A stretch of DNA of 64,000 bases, taken from NCBI GenBank assembly GCA_964016885.1, contig OZ024740.1, positions 336,908,001 to 336,972,000 on the forward strand, in the 5' to 3' direction. Positions 46,387-59,100 of this stretch are shown in pieces (within the stretch, counting starts at the first letter, position 1; the number at the start of each line of letters is the position of its first letter). Both the position numbers and the translations under genes were made by a program. The notes under the pieces were generated by a model. It was not told the DNA's origin, searched no databases, and was given only the letters and a program-made list of their open reading frames with translations. Source of the stretch: Eledone cirrhosa. Taxonomy: Eukaryota.

Positions 46387-46467
46387 TTTATATAGCAACA
46401 ATGACAATAAAGAGAGAAAATTCTGGAGAAGTGGTGACGTATATTATCAATTTGCTGTATCACTTCC
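46387..46467 (-). promoter_or_regulatory. SQSTM1 core promoter: TATA box, imperfect HSE, CRE-like site, ARE, ETS-like site
   Basis: TATATAAA 46394-46387; GAAnnTTCnnGAG 46416-46428; TGACGTA 46435-46441; GTGATACAGCAAATT from 46463 on minus; GGAAGT adjacent. Confidence 0.6.
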
Positions 46468-47709
46468 AGCTCACGATCGGTATACGTCGGCAACGATCGG
46501 TATCTAGGGAAAAATTATATAGAACGAACTGGAAAATAAAATAAATGTTCGATTTGAAACGAAAGAGTTATTTCAAATTATAAAACAATCTCATTAAATT
46601 AATTTATTGAGAAAAAATATTGACAGAAAACATGTAATAATTTATCGTTAAATGCCGTAATTTAACGTAAAATGTCGGGAATTAATTAAGCCGATTCATG
46701 ACCGTATTTTCCCAAACCTAATAATAGTATGATGAAATGTTTATATATATTGACAACAGTTTGGGCTTTATCGGAAATATTATTCATGTTTACTCTATTT
46801 TGATTTTATAGGCTCATCCAGATATTTCTAGACAGTTCTGATGTTTTCTCGAAATTTTATAGGCAAATTGGCCATTTTTATTATTTTTCACTTCTCGATC
46901 CAATGAAAATGAATTCTATAGGTCTTGGGTGTTTGTTGGACTGTCCACAAACCTTTCAGACATATAAGACTGGATTTGAGCAAGCATTGTGTTGCTGGAA
47001 CATTCCAGACATTGCGTGAAATGAAAAGAAATTAATTTTATATTTATTCGTATACAGAAATAAACAAAATTTGTTATTATATTCCATTGTAGCTACAATT
47101 TACTACTACTACTAATAATAATTGTTTCTACTTTATGCACAAAGCCAACAATTTGGTGGCAGGGAAAAATCAATTGTACCAATTCGAGTACTTGACTGGT
47201 ACTTTATTTTATCAAGCTCGAAAAATGAAGGGCAAAGTCGACCACGGCGAGATTTGAACTCAGAACATAAAATGGCAGAAGAAATGTCTCAAAGTATTTT
47301 ACTCGATGCTCTACCAATTCTGCCAATTTACCAGTTGTTTTTTCAGATAGGATGTTAGAAATACGACTGATGTAAATTATTTGGAAATATTAAACTAAAG
47401 ATGATGTTGGTAAGGATGAAACTGGGAAAGATATGGGGGTAGTAGTAGTAGTGGTGGTGATTGGTAACTACTATACGATAGTAATATTGGAGATTGTCTT
47501 CGACTTATCTTGTTATGATTACATTCACATCTAAGTGCTTTATAGCAATATAAATAGACCTTAGAACTTAACTGGGTACTTTATTTTATCGCCCCTAGAA
47601 TTCCACCAGGCAAAGTTGACCTGGTGGAATTTGAACTCAGAATGTAAAGGGTTAAAACTGAATATCATTTTGTCTTTTGGCCAACGTTCTAGTGATTCTA
47701 CCAATTCAC

Positions 47710-48090
47710 TTCCATGGTGATAGTATGGGTAGTAATATTATTAGTAATCTAAGTAGTAGTAATGATGTTATAGTAGTGTTGGTTGTAGTAGTAGTAGTAG
47801 TAGCAGCAGCAGTAGTAGTAGTAGTAGTAGTAGGGGCAGTGGTGTGATAGTATTGCTGGTAGAGGCGGTGGTGATAGTAGAACGGGTAATGAAAGTGATA
47901 CTACTATTGGTAGTAGTAGTAATAGTGTTAATATTAGTGATGGTGTGATAGAAATATTGGTAGTGGTGATGGTAGAAGGGTGGGGATGATACTAGTAGCA
48001 TCGTTAGATATGATGATAGTAGTGGTGGTCATGAAAATGGTGATAGTAGTGATGTTATTAATGGTGTTGCTTGATAGTAGTAATTGTGGT
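47710..48090. repeat. (TAG/TGG/TGA)n low-complexity region
   Basis: Direct reading. Confidence 0.85.
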
Positions 48091-48131
48091 TGTGTAACCA
48101 CTTGTTAACTCCCAATGGCAAGTGTATGATA

Positions 48132-48305
48132 TATCGTATTTCCCCGGCATTGAAGACGCTACTTTTTTCCAAAAATAAGTCTCAAAAATCTACCATGCGT
48201 CCTGGAGGCTGAATGTTATTTATTATTTTTTTTTCAAATTTTTGGTTGTCAAAATTAGAGTGCATCTTCGAGAACGAAGGGTCTTTGGCACCGGGAAATA
48301 TTGTA
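48132..48305. mobile_element. pogo/Tigger-like MITE
   Basis: TATCGTATTTCCCCGG ... CCGGGAAATATTGTA inverted ends; related piece ending AAATACGGTA near 20030. Confidence 0.65.
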
Positions 48306-48927
48306 GTTTACAGCCATGAGCTCATTATCATTTGTTAACTATAATCAACCATAGTAATATACCATCTCTGATTATAAATCTGTCTGAAACTCTTTAAAAT
48401 TTATGCCCAATGCAGTTCCTATCTCAGTCATGTTGCTACTATAAAAAGTTCACTTTCCGATCACAAGGTCTAGGCTTCTAACCCAATATTTGTCCCTGTA
48501 AATAGTTATTTCTCCAAAGTTACATTTAATCCTGTATCTCACATATATGTGTATGTTGAATAGTTATGTAATTGTATCCTAGAAATAAATTATAAAATAT
48601 CATTCTTTAATCACTTTCACCTGTCAGTTATCAACATAAACTATGGGGTTTCTCTTATGCAAACCATTAATTTATCAACGTGCAAATTCCTTAATTTGTA
48701 TGATTGATCATATATCCAGTAATCCTAGTATAAATGGAACACCAATCTTGGACTCCAAAAATTAAATACACTCAATGCTATTGTCATCATTATTGATGGC
48801 ACATGTCCATTAGTGTAAATAAGATTTCATTCAACTCAACACATGATTTAAAGATAAAAATCTACGCTAAAATCTTATCAATAAAGAGACTCCAAGAATA
48901 GATGTCAGAAATAGAAAACTAGCTATG

Positions 48928-49216
48928 GTACCATTTTGCTCGGGGTCTACCTCTGGGTCTCCTTCCAGTTGGTTTTGCCTGTAAAATTTGTCCAGTGAGT
49001 CTTTCCTGAAACATTCTAAACACATGCCCATAGTATTGGAGCTATGATCTCTTAATTCAGATAAGTAGTTGGAAAACACCCATGAGCTTGGCTGGTCTTG
49101 CTTGGGGATCCAGCTGGATCAGTTGGAGACAGTTGCCTTCTGACAGGACCCATTGAAAAGAATGTTTGAGGACTCTGCTCCCGTGACCCTCTCAGGAATA
49201 AGTGGGAGAAGAAGAG
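48928..49216 (+). mobile_element. RTE tail-family copy with 5' inversion and 7-bp TSD
   Basis: 48928-49068 reverse orientation, 49069-49216 forward with GAA tail; AGCTATG at 48921-48927 and 49217-49223. Confidence 0.8.
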
Positions 49217-49348
49217 AGCTATGACATTAAAAGCAGTAACACTAACACCCACTTTCAATTTAGTGATGAAATCAGGTATTTACCTAGTCAACCCCTACTT
49301 GGCCCTTTATCATTATCCCTCTTCATTTCCATCACCTCACCTACTACA

Positions 49349-49382
<34 letters not shown>

Positions 49383-49624
49383 AATTACCCATTACCATTA
49401 TCACATCCATTATCATCATCATGTCCATAAACATTAGCACTACCCATCTCTCATCTCTACCCCTCTACCACTACACATCATCATCCATTATGAATTATCA
49501 CTGTACTTTTTTCTCCCCACTAACTTTCCACCATTGCATCTAACTCCCATCATGATGTCTCAGAGGGAAGGCATTGAATATCTTGGTACTTTTTACCTCT
49601 TCGCATTCATACTCTCTTCTCATT

Positions 49625-49824
49625 TAACCTGTTGACTGTCGCATATATTTTACACTGCTACAGTTGCTGTGCCATTTTTTTTTTTCAGTGAAATGACTAT
49701 TTTGACTGACAAACGTCACATCAATAAACTATTAACTCCATCTAGCTTTGAAGTTATGAACTTTTGGAAAAGAGTTCAAACATGTTAGGATGAGTTATCT
49801 TGTCTACAGCACTGAAGAGGTTAA
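49625..49824. mobile_element. TTAA-flanked MITE (piggyBac-like)
   Basis: TTAACCTGTTGACTGT ... ACAGCACTGAAGAGGTTAA. Confidence 0.45.
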
Positions 49825-52619
49825 ACTTTTGGTCTTTACTCCCATTCAAATTACATTCTTGGGAAGTTTTACCTTCAAATATCAGAGGTGGTGTAGGGTG
49901 GGGGAAACTCTTGTATCATGTAGGGGCAAGGCAAACAACTATAATGAAGTAATCTTAATGGTAAATGCCAAATAACCTAAATTGAAAAGATGATTTAAAT
50001 TAAATAAACTTTCCTTTAGTTATGATAAAACTAAATTTATTATCATAAAATAATTATAGAGTAAATGATCAAAAACAAAGCTCTTTAATCATAAATAGCA
50101 ATGGAATTGAGCAAGTTTATCATACAATATTTTTATTTTAACAATCATCTCAATGCTTGAGTGGAAATAACATATCATAAACAAAGTATTGGAAAAAAAA
50201 AAGCAATTAAATATCATATTAGGTGTCACCAGTCACATGTTTGAATGTACAGCTATCAGATCTCAAATATACTTCACAGCCAAGACACACATGGAGATTA
50301 TTGGTGACTCACTAAAGTGTCATGTGTAAAAAATGTTTTTGATACCAAACAACATGAAACCGTTCCTTGTTTTAAAGTGTTTATGTTTATTTAAAAATCT
50401 TCAATCATAATTTTATGTAAGAACCTTTGTTAAGAACCTCTGCCACAGTGGGAAAGTTAGTTAGTCCCCTAAAATTCTTGATTATTTTCAAAATTATTTG
50501 AACCTTATTAGCAGTGTCTTTCATTAGAAATATGGTAATGAAAAAGTTAATGAAAATATACTATGCATTAATTTATCCTTCTTCTCTTCTTCTTCTTCTT
50601 CTTCTTCTTCACCCACTTATTCCTGGGAGGGTCGTGGCTGCAGAGTCTTCAGGAATGCCTTTCTGAGGGTCCTATCAGAGGCAACCGTCTCCAGTTGATT
50701 TGGCTGGATCCCAAACGAGACCAACTGAGTTCATGGATGTTATCCAACTGCCGGATGGCTTTGCCTATAAAATCTGTCCAGCAATTCTTTCTTTAGATAT
50801 TCTAACCATATGTCCATATTTTCAGAGCAGTGATCGTTTCTTGTTTAAATAAAATCTACAAAAGTAAAAGAGATTATAACAAAAAGCTGCAAGAATCATA
50901 ACAAATGTATATGACAAATATGATTTATGATAAAAACATGTCAAATAAGTTATACACAAGCAATCTATTTGTCCAGCTTCAATATAACTATATCAACATA
51001 CACAAACAATGTATGGTGCAGAAATCACGATACTCTCAACAAAACCATATCTTTAATTGCTCTTCTTTTATCATTCATTATATAATATTAAGTGTTCTTT
51101 TTCTCTCTGCTTCTTCTTTTTTTTTGTCTACTTATTCCTGAGAGGGTTGTGGTGGTAGAGTCCTCAAATACTTCTTCCAGCAGGTCCTGTCAAAACCAAC
51201 TGTCTCTAATTGATCCAGCTAGATCCCCAAGTAAGAGCAGCCGAGCTCATGGATGTTATTCAATCATCTTGCTCAGGGTCTACCCTTAGTCTCCTGCCAG
51301 TTGGTTTTACACATAAAATCTGTCCAGCGATTCTTTCTTAAGTGTTGTCATATATAATATCAAAAATTGATTCTAGTTGTTAAGATGAATATAGTATCAT
51401 CCACCTTTTACACTTCTTTACTTTTTCATGCTGAAAGCCACCATTTCTTTACACTCCTGTTAAACTGACCATCCACAAACACCAATAACTACCCACTCAT
51501 TCTCTAAACCTAGTCTTTACTACTCTTTTCTCCTCCCATCCTTGCAAACACACCTCTTCTTCGAATTCCTTGCCCTCAAACTCCTTCTTCCTATCTGATA
51601 AGATTGAAACATTTCAAGAATTACCTCTTGTACTTGGTGAAATGTTTTAAAATGATAATAATCTTTGAGCTAATATTGTTTTTTCCCCACCAAATAAGTA
51701 ATTCTAATTAGCATTAAATATGCTAACACATTATCTTAACTAATCTTTTCATGCAAATTGTATTTCAGGTTAATTAACCAAAGAGACCTATTTTGTAAAT
51801 TTTTGTTATTTTTTAATGCCTACTCATTTGCAATATTGTACATCACTACTTCAGCAAGTATGCTAAATTCTATGCCTTACTAAATTAGATGGAAACATGT
51901 ATGGAGTTCTTCTTGTACTTTCCAAAAGGATTAAAAAGATATTAGTAATTGAGCTAATGCTGTTTTTTTTCCCTCAACACATAAGTATTTATAATTAAAA
52001 ATTTTAACATTTAATATACATTAAATATGTTTATGTTAACGTAACAAAAGGACAAGAGGCAAAGATGAACTCGGTGGTGGTGATGATAATAATGATGTTA
52101 TGATGATGGTGAAGAGGTGGACAAGAGGGAGAAGGAAAACAAAAACAACAATAATAGGTGCTTTGGGAATGATAAAAAAATGTAAATAAATACATAACCA
52201 AAACCCAAGGACTTTATAGACAGAAGATAGCACTACCAGGTGCTGCACACATATTACATAGAGTGTTTTCAATAGAATTTCACAGCACTGAATATTACAT
52301 ATTCATTATTCATTAGCAAATGTTATAAAAAATAAAAATATACTAAAAATAGATAAGTAACCAATTGTAGAATTATTCAATTTGTTTTTCTGAGCTGATC
52401 TGATGATGCTTTAGTTTTCTAATTCTATCTATTGTCTTTAATGAATGACAAATGTTCACTGTATTTCTGTGACATGCACTCAAATCATGGTTTCACTGTA
52501 AAAATGTCAAAGGTAAACTGGTTGAACATATATGTTTTAGAATATACGTCTAATTGATTATGAAGGACTAAATCAAATATTTGAATTATTTTTTTTCTAA
52601 TAAATTATCTTTTGTCCCA

Positions 52620-52882
52620 ACTGATGCAAAGTTTCTTGATAAAGAAAGGCATTTCACTTATTCACTAGGGTCCCTACTCTCCCGACATGGGTCCTTCTGA
52701 CATCTTCAAAAGCTGAGAGGACATCATACAGACAGCAATGGTGGAACTGAGAGCAAGTCTGGAAGAAGCATTCCAGATATGCTTTGAACAGTCGAAGGAT
52801 CACTGGGCTATATGTGTACAGGTGCACTTACTTAGAAATTGAACCCCAGCTTGAAGTCGGATACTTTTTCGACAGACCTCAA
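52620..52882 (+). mobile_element. Decayed mariner transposon 3' end
   Basis: PYSPDMGPSD (YSPDLAPCD motif), EEAFQICFEQSKDHWAICV, TIR-like GGATACTTTTTCGACAGACCTC. Confidence 0.65.
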
Positions 52883-53376
52883 AGATAAAACAACACAAAT
52901 ATGAGGGAAGTAAAGTGGAAGAAAAGTCAGACAGTTCAACAACTTGAGAGGTTAAACCAAAGTAAACAAAAAAGGGAAAAAATATGTGGTGGACAAAATA
53001 TATACACAAGAACATTAAAAATATGGAAAATAAATTATCTATGGCAAATGAAAACAAAAAAAAGGTTTGTCTGTAGGCAAGGCTGGTGCTACTTTTATGC
53101 CAGTTGGGTGTAGAATTGATGTATTTTTGAAACTAAAAGGTGACAATTTTATGTAAGTGTGCATGTAGATATTTTTGCAGGGAAAGCAAGTGCCTTAATG
53201 GTAAGGGTTTTTGACACATGATTGTAACATAGTAAGTTTGATTCCCAGAATAGGTAATGCATGGTTTCCTTGAGCAAGCCACTTTGTTTCATATTGTGAA
53301 AATAAGCTGTACCTGTAATTCAAAGAACCAGCCTCATCACACAGTGTGTCATTCTGAATATCCTTGAGAACTACAT

Positions 53377-53594
53377 TAACCCTTTAGCATTTACATTACT
53401 CTATATATACTATTATATTTTCATGGTAAAGGCTTTACCTCGCATAATTATCTCACATAATATCGAATCTATGAGATTTTGAAAGTATCTATTTTGAGAA
53501 CAATACCTTAACATCAGTTTGAGTGACCAGTTACAGCCAGTTTCAACAGAAAAAGGGTAGAGAATTCTGGCCGGTTTGAACATTAAAGGGTTAA
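53377..53594 (+). mobile_element. piggyBac-like MITE nested in a tRNA-derived SINE (about 53185-53705)
   Basis: TTAA duplicated on both sides; SINE sequence resumes after 53594. Confidence 0.8.
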
Positions 53595-54663
53595 GGGTGC
53601 AAGTATCTATGGAATGCTTAGCTATTTACATATTAATTTCATGAATTGGCTGTTCCATTGTTTTAATAACTGGAACACTTATCACTAATGACAGAGGTCC
53701 AACAACAAGAAGTTGTCTTTGTCTAATCTGCAAAATAGTGAGAAACCAGCCTTGCCTGTATCTTGGTACTAATTCAAAATTTAATATGATATTCAATTGG
53801 GTTATTAGCTTTAAAAATGAAAATGTTAAGTAGTAAGTAGCCATAATTAAAAATATTGTAAGGTGCAGTTCTGAAAAATAGTGTAATCATCTGTTATTTT
53901 TAATCCAGTCTTTGTGGTTGTACCAGGCTGCTCAGCTAGTAAAGTCTCTACATAAACATTTTTTTCTTCATTAAGATTGTGAAGTATTCTCGAATTCCAT
54001 TAAACACCAAATGTACATAATATCTAATCTATTGATCTAGAATGTAGAAATAAACTGTAACATGTAAAACAACTATGAATGATACATAAGAGAATGTAAA
54101 AAATATTGGATTGTTATATGTTATTGAATGTATGAGTGATACCAAATGTGTTGTGAAAACATGGTGGCTGATTGGTTGAAGTATAGATGAAGTTAATTTG
54201 GGTAAATTAACCCCAGGAACATGGAGTTAGCATGTTGAGAAAATTCTCAGCAAAAGTCCATTCATACCCACTCAATTTAGATTTTGACAGAAAGTGGATA
54301 TAAAAAAATATAAGCATCTATCATATGTTTGGAAAATTGTAGAAGAATTCCACAACAAAATAAGTTTGGTAACCAATGCCTTAAAAAAATTTCAATAACC
54401 CTAAGGGATCATAATATTTAAAAATTCTTTTTCATGTTTCAGTCAGTAGTCTGTGGCCATGCTGGGGTACTATTACTTATTTTATTGATTTCTCATTTGT
54501 TGAACACTAAATTATGGAACATAACACAGATAGACATGGATGCACACTCAAATTCATATATTATTATATATATATGAGGGCCAGCCAGCTAGATGTGAAC
54601 ATGCTCTCTGCCGATCCTCGTATCAATAAATTATAAAAGTTGCTTGTCTTTATCTCTAAAAAT

Positions 54664-54736
54664 GCTATCTGATGAACTTGGGCTGATGGTTATTACATCA
54701 TCTGATCATCAATCCCAGAGGAATATATATAATAGC
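54664..54736 (+). ncRNA. Degenerate type I hammerhead ribozyme
   Basis: Stem I GCTAT/ATAGC, CTGATGA 54669-54675, stem II TTGGG/CCCAG; GAAT in place of GAAA. Confidence 0.45.
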
Positions 54737-56085
54737 TCATTAGAATAAATTTACAAAGAACTTTATATAGCTTTCCCTATTATTTACTGTATGCATAATC
54801 TGTCTTGGCCTACCAAAACGAATTTGGATTGGTGCATGTAATCAAGTGCTTTAATCCATTGGCATCACCATGGACTGATTAGAGTGTGGATTACACATTT
54901 CTAACTTTCACTGTATTTTTGATAACAGAAAATAGTCTAATAATAACAAGGTAGAAAAAAATAGGCATCAGCATATGTGCTAACCGATTACACCAACTTG
55001 TCCACTAAAGTGGGCAAGTTAGTGTAATTGCTCAAGCTCACAGAGAAGATGACAAAGGAATGAGATGAGTGGAGAGATGCTGTGCTGGAAAGGACCTGTT
55101 CAACCCATGCAAGCATGAAAAGCAGACATAATGATGATGATGATAATATATTTATATATGAATGAAATGATATGTGTGTGTGTTGACACTTATTTTTCCT
55201 TTTTATATAAGCATTAACCTAATAATACTTTTTATAATTATTATCTGTTTCTTTTTAATTTTTGACCTTGCACTAAATATATAATAGGGTTGTAGTTGCT
55301 GTAGCCTGATGACGTCCATCACCCCCATACCAGTAATTGGAACAGGCTGGTTGTTTGAGTGAGAGGCCTGCAGTATGGGTTCATATCTAAAAATGTATGT
55401 GTGTATGCATTTAGAAATGAATAACTGCACTGAACTAATTAAGAAAAAGTATCTGAAACGAGATGTATTGTCAATGGTTCCTCATAATTGTCATCGTATT
55501 CACTGTGTTGAAGTTGTAACAGATAAGTGGTATTCTTTGTATGGTAGTTTGATGAAAAGAATAATGCCAGGATTGAGTTGTTAACGATGTTTATTTTATA
55601 ATAAGAATATTCGACTTGAACACTGAGTAATAAAATTTATGACATGAATATATCTGTACAGTAAATTGGTAGCTGCTACGAGCTACGTAAATGCATCTAT
55701 CAGAGAAGATGATATAGTATATAAGTTGTGTTGTGTCTTGAAGATACAATATGGCAGGAAGAATGGGATGAGAGTATAATATAACAATATGAACTTACTA
55801 TGCGCGTGTGTGTGCTTAGTTTATCTTATTCTCATAGTAGTAATGGTCAATCTGTCAGGCAGGCATGGCTGGCTGTCTGGCTGAGAAGGTAAGCCAGTAA
55901 GGGCCAGGAGAAAGATAGAGTGAAAGGTCTACTGATGCTACATAGTTATCTTCTTGACTGCTGCTTCGATTCTCTTTTTTTGGTTCCCTAAGTCCTTGTA
56001 TTTATAATAAGTGCTAAAGTAAGAAGGATGGATATATGAGGTTGATCTATGGTCTGACCTGTGGTTAGCATCTCCCAAGGGGTTG

Positions 56086-56098
56086 AGGTCACAGGTCA
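56086..56098 (+). promoter_or_regulatory. Perfect nuclear-receptor DR1 element AGGTCA-C-AGGTCA
   Basis: Direct reading; extra TGACCT half-site at 56055-56060. Confidence 0.5.
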
Positions 56099-56539
56099 AA
56101 TGGAATGTAAATTTATCATCGTTGACAGGACAAAGGCGAAAACTTCCAACGATAGATTGTCCCAGAGGCGAGAAAGCTCAGATTTGGTTTCGAATCTTCG
56201 CTGGTAAAATATAGGAGTATTCCGTTATAAAGTCATTGTATTATTCTGCTTGTTAAAGTTAATATATTTGATCACCATTTTATTTATATAAAGAATCATA
56301 AGATTAACAATTTACTGAAAGAAATTCATAAAAGAGAAAAAGTAAAAAAATGAATTGCGGTAATGTTGCGAGCGTAATGGCTTGACCCAAACATTTCCTT
56401 CGACCCTTCTGATGTGCGACCTTGGTGGTCAATTGATGGGCGTTTTTGTTTTTGTTTACCCGTTTTTTTCTTTCTCTGATCGTATATTTTGGTACATTAG
56501 GTTTGTGAGCTTCCTAGCAATAGTTAATTGTATTTATTA

Positions 56540-57039
56540 CTAGCAGTGGTACCCGGTGTTGCACTGGATAAGGTATTTTGGAACGTGGGCCGCCAACAGA
56601 TCTAATCTTGGAAAAACTGCATGTCTGGACAATATGTAAAGAAAATAAACCGAATACTCTGATGGCTGGATAATCTTTAAGATTTTCCTCGATGAAGCAG
56701 GAAAAATGCAGGTTTTCACCTAATGCGGGCCCTAGACCATAAACAAGTTCGATTTTCTTTGCTCACGGTATGAAGAAGAGACTGACTAATACATAGTTAC
56801 AATTTCAAGGAAATCGGTCTGACGTAACGCCTAAAAAAAAAAGTGTGAAAAAACGCAGTTTTTCACTTAATGCGGACTCAAAAAGTTGAATTTTTTAATG
56901 TGCATAACACTCCCTGAAACATAAGTAATACACATGTAAATTTTGAAAAAAGTCGGTTGGGTACTTCTCGAGTTTTAGGGATTCAAACTCTCTCTCACAC
57001 ACACACAGGGACAGACATCCTCAGTTTTATATATATAGA
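56540..57039 (-). mobile_element. Non-autonomous Helitron
   Basis: Minus strand A|TC-TATATATATAAAA start, subterminal hairpin CCAGTG-CAA-CACCGG, CTAG|T end, no TSD. Confidence 0.75.
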
Positions 57040-57189
57040 TGTGTTTATATTTTCATTCTGAAAGAATCGGGAACAATTTGTAATGTTATTTATACAACTA
57101 TGAATAAAATAAATACCTTTCTAAAAGAAAGAAAAAAAGCGGAGGAAGACATTCACGCTCAATTACAAGCCACAACAATGGACACAGGA

Positions 57190-57420
57190 ATTTTCCTCTT
57201 ATGAGGCCAGTCAACACACTTACGGCATTGCCGTGGGTGATAGCGTGGCTAAGACGGTGGAATAACCAAGCACCTTTGCGAGCATCACTGATACGTTGGT
57301 TAAGGTGAGCCACCAGTCAGTAGCCAAGCTCCCCCAAACGTTTTTCAGGTTGAAAAAAAACGACAATACTTTTACCGATAATTACTTGTATTTTAGAATT
57401 TTATTTCATTCAGTTACAGT
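57190..57420 (-). mobile_element. CRE-clade RLE fragment
   Basis: AHLNQRISDARKGAWLFHRLSHAITHGNAVSVL. Confidence 0.7.
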
Positions 57421-57991
57421 TTAATAATTGTTTCTACTTTTGACACAAGGCCAGTAATTACCCAGTACATTACTGGCACTTTATTTTATCGACCCCGTAA
57501 GGATGAAAGGGAAAGTTAACCTCGGCAGGATTTGAACTCAGAATGGCAAGTTACAGTTTAATAATAAATTGTCTTTCACGATATAAACTTGCACGCAGTG
57601 ATAACCCAATTTAAACAAAAATAATATTATAACCTAAATAAAGTTGTTATTATTATTCATTTAATTGTTCGTCTTATTCTAAATAAACTAAATTCTATTT
57701 ATTCCCCACTTATATTTCAATTTAGCAAGAAATATTTATCATATTTATTTTCCGAAGTACACAATTTTAGCAGACATCTATTTACTGCGGATCTAATTTC
57801 CTTTCTGTTTATTTTTGTTGTTGTCAAAATTAATTCAGCAGTAATTTTATTTCGAATAGGTAATTAATTTTTTTTACTGTGTATTTTATCTAATTGAATA
57901 TATTACATATATCTCTGTATATTTGAACATAATCTTAGCATTTTTTAAATGTTATACTACATAGACGAGAAGTTTAAGTACGCAGTAGATT

Positions 57992-58013
57992 GCGCGGGTA
58001 ATTTGTTCATTGG
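57992..58013 (+). promoter_or_regulatory. E2F-like site and reverse CCAAT box upstream of the POLA2-like start
   Basis: GCGCGGGTAA (one mismatch to the TTTSSCGC consensus) and ATTGG. Confidence 0.4.
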
Positions 58014-58095
58014 ATCTGCTAACGTGTTGAGTATCTTTCATATTGTTGAGTATTGACAGTAACCAAAGAAACATTATACCTTTAATTAAATAAGG

Positions 58096-58168
58096 ATGGA
58101 GACCCTGTTGGAAGAACTGAAATCTAAGTTTCAATTGGAAGATGACGAAAATGATGTTTTGGATAAAC
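58096..58168 (+). CDS. POLA2: DNA polymerase alpha subunit B-like, exon 1
   Basis: AGG-ATG-G; METLLEELKSKFQLEDDENDVLDK, phase-1 C|GTAAGT donor; resembles human LAEELQIFGLDCEEALIEK (recalled). Confidence 0.75.
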
Positions 58169-58734
58169 GTAAGTGAAACTTTTTTTATCACAGTTATTCT
58201 TTGTTGACTATCTGGGGTGTACTGGTGATTAAATTTATTCTAAATAAGTATTAGTAAATATACGATGGTAAATGTAATCGACTTTATCTCTCTACAAATA
58301 TTTCTCATTGTCATTAGTCAAAACAAATGAATATATCTGTTGTAAAGCAAAGGCGTCATTTTCAGAGTTGGATCAATGTGTCAGTTTCAATTCTTGATTG
58401 AAACTGATTTATCGCTGGGTCGATTTAATCGACATCCCTTCCCCAAATGTGTTGGCTTTGTGCCTAAATCAGAAAACATTGTTATTTTTATTGGATGAAT
58501 TTTATTTACATGAACTACCAAAAGATCAACAATTTACCACAAGAAAGTAATCAGAGAGAAAAGAAAACAAGCCGAAAAAAAGGACGTCATTATTGTGATT
58601 GGAAAAAGCATGAATGTCACCATTACAGTTCCCTAAACGGCAATACTGCAAATGCGTTAGTTTGCCTAAAACATTATTGGTGGGAAACTCCAGCGCCCCT
58701 TGTTTTGGTGTGTGATTGAGTATACGTGTTTTCT

Positions 58735-59100
58735 CCACTCACGAGAGCTACAGCTTCCGTAGCCGAACGGAATAAAATTCTGAAATACCAGGTTCTGTCG
58801 GCCAACTACCTTTTCCTGCCTGTGGCTTTCGAGACGTTTGTGGGAGTTGGGCCGCTGACTGCGAGGTTCTTGTCATCACTGGCGGCTCGCCTAACCCAAG
58901 TAACTGGTGATGCTCGTGAAGGCACTTGGCTGTTCCAGCGCTTCAGCCTCGACATCACCCGATGTAACACTGAACGTGCTGGCTTGCCTCAAAATTATTA
59001 GAGAGGTTTCTCTGTGCTCCTCGTGATATCATTATTTTTTGTTCTGGCAGCGGTTCGTTTGTCTACCCCCTTCGCTTGCCCTTTGATGTATGTGGTCCAA
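58735..59100 (+). mobile_element. CRE-clade RLE fragment in POLA2-like intron 1
   Basis: AERNKILKYQVLSANYLFLPVAFETFVGVGP...GDAREGTWLFQRFSLDITRCN. Confidence 0.8.

Noticed and set aside
47710-49560. (TAG)n and (CTA)n regions as inverted termini of one element
   Set aside because: Only low-complexity complementarity; no alignable unique sequence or TSD seen.
58495-58719. 74-aa ORF in POLA2-like intron 1 as an additional exon
   Set aside because: No convincing splice sites or homology; exons 1 and 2 already join in frame.
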